Origin: Azolla caroliniana
Lineage: Eukaryota; Plantae; Polypodiophyta
Direction: 5' to 3'
Length of the DNA stretch: 64,000 nt
Assembly: GCA_043228905.1 (NCBI GenBank)
Contig: JBHGNT010000015.1
Coordinates: 5,146,001 to 5,210,000 of the forward strand
The notes under the pieces were generated by a model, which saw nothing but the letters and a program-made list of their open reading frames with translations, was not told the DNA's origin and made no database searches. Shown piece after piece: positions 25,320-37,826 of the stretch (within the stretch, counting starts at the first letter, position 1; each line of letters begins with the position of its first letter). The position numbers were made by a program, and so were the translations under genes.

Positions 25320-26780
25320 ATCATGTTATTTATACTAAAGATGGTGTCGGTGGCGGGAATAACCACCGAGGCGGTACATAGTTCCACTTGACATCTGCGG
25401 CTTCATTCAACATAATAGGTATAGACGACCAAACTTTACGAATTCTCATTCTTTTCTTATTAGTTGTGTGACCAGAACTCTTATAACTATCATATTCACC
25501 TTTAACTATATGTACCAATAAGTTCCAAAAAGACTTAACCTGATCCACAATGTGAGTGTTTTCATCATTGTATAGCTTGGAGCACCTAGCTTTCCAAAGA
25601 ATCCATAAAGCCAAAGAGGAGACAATTTGTCAAACGTGACTATAGGAGAAAAACTTGATTCCCTGCAAGGAGGTTGAAGTATAGTATACCTGACAACTTG
25701 TGACACGTAATGTCAAAGAAGAATAATGATGATGATAGGAAGTCATTTGTTGATCTAACCTTCCCCATAAGACTGCACCCCACGTAAAAATCCCCGACCT
25801 ATACTTACGACCTAGTAGCCTAAGAATTCTAAACCAATTTTTTTTTGCGACAACACATTCCCAAAATACATGATGCAATGACTCACGTACATAACCACAC
25901 ATAATGCATGACCGATCCATTACAGATCCCCTCATCAAATCACCTACTGGCAACGCATAATGAATCATCAACCAACGAAAGTGTAATATCTTGTTCATAC
26001 ATTTAATTGACCAAAACTGTTTCCAAAACATCATCATCTGAGAAGATGATACATTACCTTCGTCCCAATACTTTTTTCCCACCGGTATTGACTCAGTCTA
26101 GCGTGTACAACCCAAATCTAAGATGCATAGTTAGCAATTAAGGGACTAGGGTCAATCACCAATTTTTTATCCAATATAGCAATTACTCGCACTAGTAACT
26201 GCTTCGCCATAGACACGATTGTAGACTCGTCATCTACTAATACCAACCTACCATTATCCACCACTTCATAGAATTGAATACTACCATTTTGATGATATAA
26301 ACGAGCACCTATAAGTATATTAAGTGTCGAAAACATATTGTACCACCTTTGAAAATGATCAAGCTGCAAAGTTGGTACTGTGACCTGATACACCATGGAC
26401 AATTGATCTACCATTATATTTGCCCCTCTTAAACTAGACAACCTATTATTTCAGTCTTGAGCCGATGTCTTCAAGAAGTTTATCCAATCCACAACAGTAC
26501 GGGCTGGACCATTATCCATTGCAGCCCAAGATAACCTAGGTCGTAGACCCAACACACATGCGGCTTCATCCGTAAATAAAGGGTTCCATATCAAAGGTTG
26601 ACGCATGAATTGAGTATAAGTTTTCGGTGGGACGAAAACAATTGCTTGGCGAATACTTTCCCATGCTCTAAATATTCCATTAAAAAACATAAAGATGCAA
26701 CATTAGACTTCGGCAATGGAAAATCTGCATTAAAAACCATCTAAGACTATCTTTCCATTGATCACTTGTTGATGGCTTGA
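25320..26780 (-). mobile_element. LINE (L1-like) ORF2 3' fragment
   Basis: zf-RVT-like W...KILHFRWLMIHYALPVG...CIMCG...ESLHHVFWEC and ALWILWKARC. Confidence 0.8.
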
Positions 26781-29700
26781 CCTCTACTTTTAGTTGCATG
26801 CCTTTTACTTTTAGTTGCATGGCCTTGGCTTTTAGTTGCATGGCCTTGGCTTTTAGTTGCATGCGACCGTCCGTATAATTTAGCCAAATGACCCAATCAT
26901 CCATAAAGTTTAGCCCATGCGCAATCCGTACGTGCGTCGTAACCAAACCGTAGACGTGTCCACGCGCGTCTCGACCGCGCTGTGTACACATCCATGCGCT
27001 TGTCCGCATACACGTGTCCGTCCAAAACGTCCATGCAGTCGTGCCGTGCACATGCACGTACGCCCGAAGCATGCACACCACACAATGTAGCCTAAGTCAC
27101 CTGGAACAATCTATGCTCCACACATTGATAGAATGAATATGTTTTGGTTTCCCTTATATATCCTGGGTTCCAATGTTGTCCTATCTATGTGGGATATATC
27201 ACAGTTTTGTCTTTTCTTTCTTTTTTTCTTCAAACTTCACACTCACATAACTTGATACTTGTTTATCCGTTTCATGCGTAGTAAAATACGCTATAAAGCT
27301 CTTGAAAACATCTATCTATATGAATACATTAAGATAATCTTAAATAATCTTAAGAAAAACCACACAACATTCACCCCCACCAAACTTGGACATCCACCAG
27401 TATGTGCCAATTGTGGTGAGGTTCCTCTTTTAATTACTCTTTTTCAACCTCGATGTTCGAGGCTATATAATCCAGAGCTTCGATCTCAAGATTTGGGGCC
27501 TCTCTTCTCTTAAAGATCTTGATTCTTTTTCCTACAATTGGCAAAGCAAGTCGAGCTCCATCTAACTCCGCTAAAAAATAGGTTGCATTGCTTTCTATTT
27601 TCTTGACCATATATGGGCCAAACCATCGTTTTGTGAACTTTCAAGCAATGCTATATTGATTATCGAGATTACTATCATAGACAAGAACCCAATATCCTTC
27701 TTCAATTTTTCTTTGTCGAAGACGATGCTTTCTATCAAAATTCTCCTTGTTCTTCAATCGAGCTTGGCGCAACCGTTCTATTGCCAACTCGACATCTTCG
27801 GGCCTCCGTTCTAGTTGTTGAATCCTCGTGGATAACAAGTCTTCTCGACTCATTTCCTCTTGCCATAGCAAAGATGTCCATGAAGCAACACTTTGCTCGA
27901 TAGGCATTATTGGTTTTTTGCCCTAATATGAGTTCGGTTGGCATATATTCTATAGTCGTGCTATGTGTAGTTCTATCAGCCCACAATGCGTCAGGTAGTA
28001 ATCGTGGCCAATTCCCCATCTTGCCGTCGCAAGCCTTTGCTAGAGCTTTTACAATCGGATTATGTCCTTGTTCCACCTTTCCATTTGCGTTCGGGTTGTA
28101 TGCCATGGTGAGCGATAGTTTGACGCCTATTCTTGAAAAGAAGTCTTTAGCTTCATTTGCATCTAATTCTCCCCTATCAACTACTATTTTGCCAACACAT
28201 CCATATCGACAAATAACATCTTCAAGGAGAAACTTACAAACTACTGAAGTTGTTTTATTCCTCAACGCCAGTCCTTCTACTTGGTTGGTGAGATCCTCTC
28301 TTGCTAGCAGGAGATACTTCATTTGCCCCAATCCCATCGGCATAACCACTATGTCTACCAACCACTTATAATGCATTGATAATGGATATGTCTGATGAAG
28401 TTCATCCCTATGTTGAATATTCGAGTATAATTGGCATTGCTCACATGTTTCAACATAGCTTGCTACATCTTTGTAAACACCCGGCCACCAATACTTCTCC
28501 TTGAGCTTTGCAAATGTTGCCCATATACCTCGATGACCTGCCCACACACTATCATTAAATTCAGCAATTAGTGTTTGTTGATCTTGTTTCTTGCATGCCA
28601 CTCAAAGTGGAGTTCCATTCTTCTTCTTTGGAAACTTCCATAGATGTCCTTCTTTGAGGAAGAACTTGTAGGCCTTCTTCCTAATTCGGTAGAAGTCTTC
28701 CTTTGACCATGATTCATCCTTTGTAAGAGAGCTTAAGTACTTGCCAATTTCGATGAATTCACGCACAAGAAACCGTAAAGAAGTTTAGGCCAACATCTTC
28801 TTCATCGGAGTGCAAATCTTCTTCACCCTCATACCTTTCCCTTGACAACATATCGGCCACCACATTATGATTTCCATTTATATGTCGAATCTCGGGGTTG
28901 AGGGACTTCATATAGGCAATCCATCGCAGCATAGCAATATCCGGTGTAGCACAACCGGGTATCATTCCGAGAATAGGTAGACAATCAGTTTCGATTATGA
29001 CCTCTGTTTCGATAAGGTAGTCACGATCGGTTTTAATCGCGGATACTATTCCCCATAGCTCTCTCTTTACTTGGGCATACTTCCTTTTTCTTTCGGTTAA
29101 CACCTTTGCACCGAATCGGATTGCATACCGATTCTTTTCTTTGTCTTCTTGGTTTATGACCCATCCAATTCCGGTTGGGCTTGTATCCACCGTCACATAT
29201 ATCGAGGTACCTTCGGTGTAGTCGGCTTTTCGCAATGCCGGAGCTTCCAATAATAGTTTCTTTAGCTTTTGAACCGTGTACGTATGCTCATCTTCCCATT
29301 CGAACTTCTTCCTTTTCTTTAGTAATCCATACAATGGTTCAACGAAATGAGCATAATGTGGAATCCATATGTGATAGAATGCACATGCTCCCAAGAATCT
29401 TCGCACCTTTGTTTGAGACACACATTATTCTTTCATCTCGTGAATAATGTTCACCTTGGATGGAGATGGCTTCTAGCCATTAAACCCACATAAGTGTCCT
29501 ACTACCAATATATTTCTTGATGACCGAATGCAGAATTCTCTCCCGAAAATGTGAGATTTGCATCCTCAAGCTTTTGCAACACCTTCTCGCTATCCTTTAT
29601 ATGATCAATGATGAATCTTCAGCAACCATCTTCATCTTTCGATCCATCTTTTTCTTCCACCAAGCATCCTCTGATTGGAATATCACTGAAGAAGGGCATT

Positions 29701-32700
29701 GTGATATTAGGGATACAATCCCTCAACACTTTGTTCATGGCATTCACCATGTGGGCTACGGAATTTGTTGCACCTTGAGGTAAGGTGCACATCTTTACCA
29801 ACCCCATCGGCGTCCTCATTGTCGTTATGTCTCTACTATCGACGGCCAATTGAAATTGATCATACCCTGAGTAGAGATCACCAATGGAGTAGATCAATCT
29901 TCCCGCGAAGGCTTCGGCAAATTCATCCACACTTGGACCAATTCCGGCATTTCGGATCATCACCTTGTTGACGGGTTGGAGATCCTCAATAAAGTGTAAG
30001 GACCCGTTCTTCTTTGGCACCGTAAACCATCTATTGGAGTAGGGAGAATTGGACGGCTCAAGTATGCCCATCCTAACCTTTTCCTTTAGAAGCTCAATCA
30101 ACTTCGGAGTGTGAGCTCTTGGAACCGGTATCTGCTTGAGGTTCCAAGGTACATGCGGCACCGTCAAAATGACCATTGGCTCTATCATCTTCGGGTCGGC
30201 ACATCCGATCTCTTGTGGAGAGAAGGCAAAGGCTTTCCCATGTCTCTCAAGCATTCCGTGAAACATTCTTTCCTCTTCAAGGAGAAGGAAATCTTCCCTT
30301 CCAACTTGTAGCTTTCCTTTCGTCTCTTTGGTGAAGACATGACCTATTGCCTTTGAATCCCTTAAGCTTGGATCATTAGCAACTTCCTTCATCTTCTGCC
30401 AAATATCTTCTGGTAGCGGAACCGCAACTGGCTTGATCTTCTTATCCACCATTTTATATTTTTGATGACTTCAGCTTCCTTCATCAAGATGCCTCGATGA
30501 TATTCATCGATGATAATGTACATGTTGACGGAGTTAACTGAAATCACATGTTGATCGTGAAGGTAGCTCAAGTCCACGACTTCCTCGATTTCGCTGATGG
30601 TGTCGTTAAATGAGGCTTCCTCTAGAATATGAGACACAAATTCTTCTTCTTCGATTATGCTTTCTTCTTTCAGCATCTTCTCGAAGTCTTGTATCCGACG
30701 CTTGTCCTTCTTGTTGAGTAGTGTTAGTTTACATGCGCCACTAGGTGTCACACATGTTGTTTCTCCTTGCGATCCACTTATTTTGCTTCCTTGTGGGGAC
30801 TTATGATTGCTCGGACTATTTGTGCCCCACGCTTCAATAGTCTGCTCTAAAAATCTGAGGATTCGCCTCCAAGGCTATCTTGGTTCCTTCTGTGATTAGC
30901 CCGCACCGTAAGGAATTGAACTGATCTTTGATTGTCAAGGCTCTTGACTCGCACGAAGGCCGCTCCATTATCGAACACCTTAGTCTCCATCCGGGACGAT
31001 GTGATATATGGTTGTCCTAGGATGACGGGATGTGAAGCCGAGTCTTGCACGAAGAAGTGTTGATCCATCTCCACATCTCTGATCGTGACTTTAACATTGG
31101 GGCAAGCTCCGTACAAGTCTTCTGTGGCCTTCGTTGCCGCTTATATCTTCCATCTGTGGTTTGTGTGGATCGTCCATCTTCCTTTCTTGTAGAATTCGGT
31201 CGACATGAGGTTCATCTTCGAACCATGGTCAATCAAGGCTACCACGGTCTCTTTCTTTTCTCCGATCTTCACCGGCGTTTCCGTTGTCGCACTTGCCCAA
31301 TGAGGCCGAGAGTAATGGTTGTCCGCCATCACTTCTTCCTCCTCCTCCTCTTCCAATCTTGCCATGGTTATGGCACTTGTTTTCACCTCCTCTTCATTTG
31401 ATTGTTGCCGCTTTTGCTTAATCAAGTCCATGATAGTATCGTGGAACTCCTTCTTAGCGATCCCAAGTAGCTCTCTCAAAGTAAGGTCGACATGAATGTC
31501 TAAAGCCTTCTCCTCAAGGACCTTCCGGAAGTCGGTTGTTTGTTCTATGTCTGACCTTAGCTTGTAAGTCGGCGCCGCTCGTTCTTTTCTTTTCTTCACA
31601 GATTCATCGACTTCCATCCGAGAAGGTTGGCTCAATCCACCAGGCTTCATGCTTGTTTCTCCTATCTCTTTTCATGGTGTAGGTTGGGCTTGTCCTTCTT
31701 TCCCTACATTCCTCGTATTGTGACGCTTTGATGTGCCATCTTCTTCACCGGTTCCTTTCCTCTTCTCTTCAACAAGAGCTTCATAGTTGTCACACACAAC
31801 CTTCGCAAGGCTTGTGTTATCGTCGACTGGATCTGACCATCCGGTAACTCGTCGCACATTCTGATCAGCATGTTTTAGATCCTCCAAATCTATTTTTCCT
31901 TTCTTTTCGCACTCGAATACCGTTGGCCAAAACCCATCTCCTGGCTTGATCGTCTTTAGATTCTCTCTTCCGACTCGTATTCCCGCCCATGCGGCATAGT
32001 GCATGGCTTCCACATGCCTTGCATCTTCCTCTTCCACGATCTTTTTCAGCCCGTCTCTTCCGAAGTTCACTCGTAGTGGCTTTCGGGTCTCGCTCGAGTG
32101 GATCATGTTGTCGTCCAAATAGACGACATTCTTGCGAATTGAATCTTGCAAGTTAGTGCACTCCCTTCGCCAGTGCTTTAAGCTGTCACACCACACACAT
32201 CTATACGCTTCTTTTCCCTTCGGCCCGCGTTGACCTAAGTTGGCCAACGATACCGCTTCAAATTTCTTGGAGAGCTCTTCGATTATAGATTCCTCCATCG
32301 TTTTCCAGTCAAAATTGTTGATCGGCTTGTTAGAATTGATCGCCATAGGTGCATTCCTCCTCCACGATTGTGGATTCTCCATATCAGTTCCCTCTTGCTA
32401 TTGTCGGTGCTTATCAAGACGACTACAAGCCTTCTTCACCACCACCCAGTCCGCTACCAAGCCATTTGGTTGTGTTTCATCCTCCAAAAAGTTACCCAAT
32501 TCACGCCATTCTTTCGCATTCACTGCCTTCAGGAATAGTTGGACTTTATCTCCATCAAGAACTCGTTGATCAACACTCGGAAGTCGGTTATACTTCTGGT
32601 CGAACTCGGCATATACTCCAGACGCACACATATTCTTCCCTTTCTTCTCGATCCAAGACATTAGCGTATGTCGAGTCATCCGTGATGCGTCTTCAAGCAT

Positions 32701-34379
32701 GTATTCAGCGAGAAGCGCCTTTTCAAACTCCGCCCAAGTTGCATGCTCATTTTGGATCTCCATGATGCGCTTGCGGATCCCTGGTTCCACCACACGTTTG
32801 AAGCTAGAAATTTGTTTGAAATCATTGACATCCCTTTGTTGCATCTCGTTCCAATAGGTAGCAAGAAAATCTGTGATGTTCTTGCCACCAAATCGTTCAG
32901 CTATCTCGACAGTACGATCAACAGCTTTGTCGATTAAAGCTTCCCGATCTCTTACCTTCAGCATGTATTCCACTACGGACACCATGCCTTTCGTTAATTC
33001 CTCTCCTTGAGTTCCGCTTGTGGAAGCCATCATTGCACTTGATATCCTCCCTACCGCCTCTTTCACGTCGGGTTCACCACTTAATTATGTCTTGAAAATA
33101 CGTCACTATGTGCGAATCACGAGGCAGAACCATCGGGGTTCTGGACTACAAGGATTTAGTGCAACACGTACAATACAAGCAAAATTCACATATGAGACGA
33201 GTAGATGAGAGAAAACGTTTGTTTATCGCATAAGAAAATAGATTCTTTTTAAAATTCAAGAATATTGTTACAACGGGATAGAGATGAAAAGGAGAGATAA
33301 ATTTTTTTAAAGAAAAGAGCCAAATACCATATAAGGAGTGGTCCGATATCAATCTGAGAGAGATTTCTTCCCCAAGGAATGGGAGAGAGAAGAAGAAGAA
33401 TGGAAAAGGGAAAAAAAAACTAGAGGGAAAAAATGGGACATATATCCAGCTCTTTGTTGATCCTCCTTTCCAATGTTACTTTGCATGTCCCCTTTTAGTT
33501 GTACGACATCTATTTTTAGTTGCATGGCCTCTACTTTTAGTTGCATGCCTTTTACTTTTAGTTGCATGCCCTTGGCTTTTAGTTACATGCGACCGTCCGT
33601 ATAATTTGGCCAAATGACCCAATCATCCATAAAGTTTAGCACATGCGCAATCCGTACGTGCGTCGCAACCAAACCGTAGACACATCCGCTCGCAATGTAC
33701 GCATCCACGCACGCGTACGCCCGAAACTTGCACACGCGCATATGTCCGAAAACATCCACGCAACCATGCACACGGACATACGCCCGAAACTTGCACACGC
33801 ATCCATGCACACACATGTACGCCTGAAGCATCAACTGCGCAATCCGTACGTGCGTCGCAACCAAACCGTAGACACATCCGCTCGCAATGTACGCATCCAC
33901 GCACGCGTACGCCCGAAACTTGCACACGCGCATATGTCCGAAAACATCCACGCAACCATGCACACGGACATACGCCCGAAACTTGCACACGCATCCATGC
34001 ACACACATGTACGCCTGAAGCATCAACACGGCCGTGCATACGCGTGTACACCCGAAGCGTGCACAACACATAGTGTAGCCCAAGTCACCTTGAACATTTT
34101 ATCCTCCACACAATGATAGAATGAATATATTTTGGTTTCGCTTATATATCCTGGGTTCCAATGTTGTCCTATCTATGTGGGATATCTCACAGTTTTGTCT
34201 TTTCTTTCTTTCTTTTTTCAAACTTCACACTCACATAACTTGATACTTGTTTATCCGTTTCATGCATAGTAAAATACGCTATGACGCTCTTGAAGACATC
34301 TATCTACATGAATACATTAAGCTAATCTAAAATAATTATTTTACTATTTTTCATATCGTGTGTGAAAAACCACACGACA
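26781..34379 (-). mobile_element. Ty3/Gypsy element A nested in the protease region of element B; 5' LTR 33088-34379, truncated 3' LTR 26781-27369
   Basis: PBS TTCACGTCGGGTTCACCA at 33062-33079 equals the plant tRNA-Trp 3' end; PPT next to 27370; gag, zinc knuckle, PR, RT, RNaseH and integrase pieces with stops and frameshifts. Confidence 0.9.
33644..34027. repeat. 192-bp direct tandem duplication in the 5' LTR of element A
   Basis: 33644-33835 is repeated at 33836-34027, apparently identical. Confidence 0.9.
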
Positions 34380-36499
34380 CCGTATAACTCCATTGCTTGG
34401 GTCGCCGCTCTAATCTTCCACCTATGCTTCGTGTTAATCGGCCACTTTCCCTTTTTATAAAAGTCCATGGACATAAGGTTGATCTCAGAGCCATGGTCGA
34501 TCAATGCTACAACTGGCTCTTTTCCATCTCTGACCCGTACCGTTGTCTTCGTTGTCGCTCTCGACCAATGCGACGTCGTATAGTGATTGTCCACATAGTC
34601 TTCATCTTCCTCGGGAACCCCAGTTGACAATGCATTTACAATCGCGGGCTTTGCCACTTCTTGCTCCGTTGAGAGCCGCTTCCTCTTCATTAGGTCAATG
34701 ATGACCTCGTGGAATTCTTTCTTGGCAATTCCGAGGACCTCTCGCAGAGTAAACTCTACGCCACTATCGAGGATCCTTTCCTCCACTACCTTCTCGAAGT
34801 CCGGTTCTTGTTCGATCTCCGAGCAAAGCTTGAAGTTGGGGGGGTTCCCCTTCTCTTTCCATCATTCATCGCGTGCTTGAGACTAGTTCGGCTCTTCACT
34901 TCTTCGTGCACCTGGAGTGTCGTATTTCCTTAATGGACCGACTCCCTCGTCATTTCCTACCTTCTTCTCTTCTACCATTACTTCGTAGTTTTGGCAAGCG
35001 GTTTTCACTAAGCCTGTCTTTTCTTCCATCGGATCCTTCCACCCGGTTGCCTCTTGGACCCTTCTTTCCGCTTCGTCCGTTTCTTCTCTTTTGAACTTTC
35101 CCTTACAGAGGCTTCCAAGGATTGATGGCCAAAAGTCAAACTCTTTCTCCTCTTTCCCCACTCGGATCCCAGTTGACGCCGAGTAGTGGACAACTTCAAC
35201 ATGTCGTGCTTCGGCCTCCTCCATTAGCCTTCTCATGCCCCCTCGGTCGTGATTCAATCCCAAGGAACGCCTTGTCTCCGTCGAATAGACCCTATTGTTC
35301 CAAAGATAGACAATATCCCTCCTTAGGGCCTCTGGAAAGTCTCCACACTCCCTTCGTAGGTGGTAGGGGTTGTCGCACTACATACATCTTTGCTCGAATA
35401 GGGGGCGTCGATCTTGAGGGCCACCACTCTCTCTCCTAGCTTGCGCTATTTGGAGATCTCACATCATCTTTGTGAGCTCTTCTATTGCCGACCCTCCTGA
35501 CGGTGCTTCCACGTTTCTCTCGGGGACGACCCTTGCATTTTCTTTCTCTCTTTCATGAGGTATTTTACCAACCCTGGGTTCGTGTGTCTCAGTAATGGAG
35601 CCCATGGATGTTTGGCCACTCAACGGAGACCCATCGTTCCATTCCCTTCTCTTATCGAAGCGACTACAAACCCATTTTACCATAGCCCAATCCGTCGTGA
35701 GCCCATCATCAGTTTCGAGGAGGGACCTCACCTTCTTTCAGTCTCGTGCATCAACAATCTTTATGAATAGTAGAACATTGCTTGTGTGAAGCACCATCCT
35801 ATCGAGAGCTGAGAGTCGCGCAAAGCGCTTCTCAAATTCTTGTAAAAGTACCACAATATTTCTCCCCTTGCCGGTAAGCTCAACCCACTCCATTAGATCC
35901 CTTTTCAAAATTCTAAGTGAGTCATCAAGGTCGTACTTCTCGAGGATTCTTTCTTCGAACTCCACTCGATTGCAATAGTCCGCTTGGATCTCGAGTACCG
36001 CTACGTGGATACTCGGCGTTACCACTCTACCAAATCCGGCTAGGTGCCTATCTTTGGGGAAGTTTTGCATAAGCATTTCGGCCTTATAGGCATCCAAGTA
36101 GCTAGTGATATCTCTTCCATTGAACCGATCCGTTGTGCTGACCACCGTCTCTATGGCCCGGTCTAGGCTGGTGATGCCTTCTCGGGAATTTACCAAGAGG
36201 TCCACCATCGCCGCCATCGCTTCAGCGAGTTATCCTCCTCGCATCTTGGTTCTCCCTTGCCGCCCTTTCACGTCGAGTTCACCAATTTATGTCGCAAAGT
36301 TTCGCGCGCGTGTGTTATTTGAGCGAGACCATGGGGGTCTTGAACTAGGGAGTACTCAAGGGATAGAGAAGACCTGAGGTTCGCTTTACGACAATGCTAC
36401 TTCCCGACCCCTTCCCGAGCAAGGGCTTGTTGCCCTTTGTTTTGTGAGGCCGGTGGTTCTCGTTGATCACGACTCGTCGAACTTTCAAGATCACTACAT

Positions 36500-37210
36500 G
36501 GGGAGAGGTGCATGGGCACGCCCGAAACGCTTCCTCGTCACAAGACGGCCGAATGTACAAGGAAGACACAAACACACACACAAAATGCTTGTACACCTTT
36601 ATGAGGAGGAGAGATGCATGGGCAAGCCCGAACGCTCCCTCGTCACGAGACGACCGAACGTACAAGGACGACAAAAACACACGCACCAAATGCTCGTACG
36701 CCTTTATGAGGAGGAGAGGTTCATGGGCAAGCCCGAAACGGTCCCTCGTCACAAGACGACCGAAAGTACAAGGAAGACACAAACACACGCACAAATGCTC
36801 GTACATCTTTATGAGGAGGAGATATGCATGGACACGCCCAAAACGCTCCCTCGTCACAAGACGGACGAATGTACAAGGAAGACACAAACACACGCACAAA
36901 TGCTCGTACACCTTTATGAGGAGGAGAGGTGCATGGGCAAGCCCAGAACGGTCCCCCATCACAAGACGGCTGAACGTACAAGGAAGACACAAACACACAC
37001 ACAAAATGCTCGTACGCCTTTATGAGGAGGAGAGGTCCATGGGCAAGCCAGAAACGCTCCCTCGTCACAAGACGGCCGAACGCACAAGGAGTACACAAAC
37101 ACACGCACAAGTGCTCGTACGTCTTTATGAGGAGGAGAGGTGCATGGGCACACCCGAAACGCTCCCTCGTCACAAGATGGCCAAACATACAAGGAAGATA
37201 CGAACAAAGA
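36500..37210. repeat. About 105-bp tandem repeat (about 7 copies) inside the 5' LTR of element B
   Basis: Same unit as 18410-19250. Confidence 0.9.
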
Positions 37211-37826
37211 AAGAACGAAAGAAAGAAACACGAATGATATCGGCCAAAGAAATAAATACGTGTTTGATTCCAAGGCAAGAGGACCCTTTATAAAATAGGG
37301 TTTGATTACAATGGCAACTTATAGTTAACCACAAGCTCAATCAAAACATAAATACTAAATGCGCTTAGAGACAAGAGCAATTCTGAACACGGCGAAGATG
37401 AACACACAAGCACCACCAAAACGCCAATCCCAACGAACCACGACCACCCGAACAGCGAGCACATGGGCTCGCAACGACGAACGGGGCGGAGCAACGTTGA
37501 ACCAATGAAGCTTGGGCTCACGAGCACTTTGATTGCCGATGTGAAGAAGACGAGCACGCGGCGATGGGGGGATGAAGGGGTATGAGATGAAGAGAAGTGG
37601 TGAATAAGAAGATGAAGAGCTCCGAAGGAAAAATGACGATAGTCTCCTCCTTCCAAAATGTCCTCCCCAAATGAGCCCCCCTCGACCTCCTTTTATAGGA
37701 AAAAAAGAAGGAGGGGTCGCCAATTTTGTCTTCAATGAAAAAGGAATAAAATTCCTTAAATCACGCTGCATTGTAAGACTAGATTTGAATCGTGCACCTC
37801 TAGCTAGAAGTCAATGTGACTATCCA

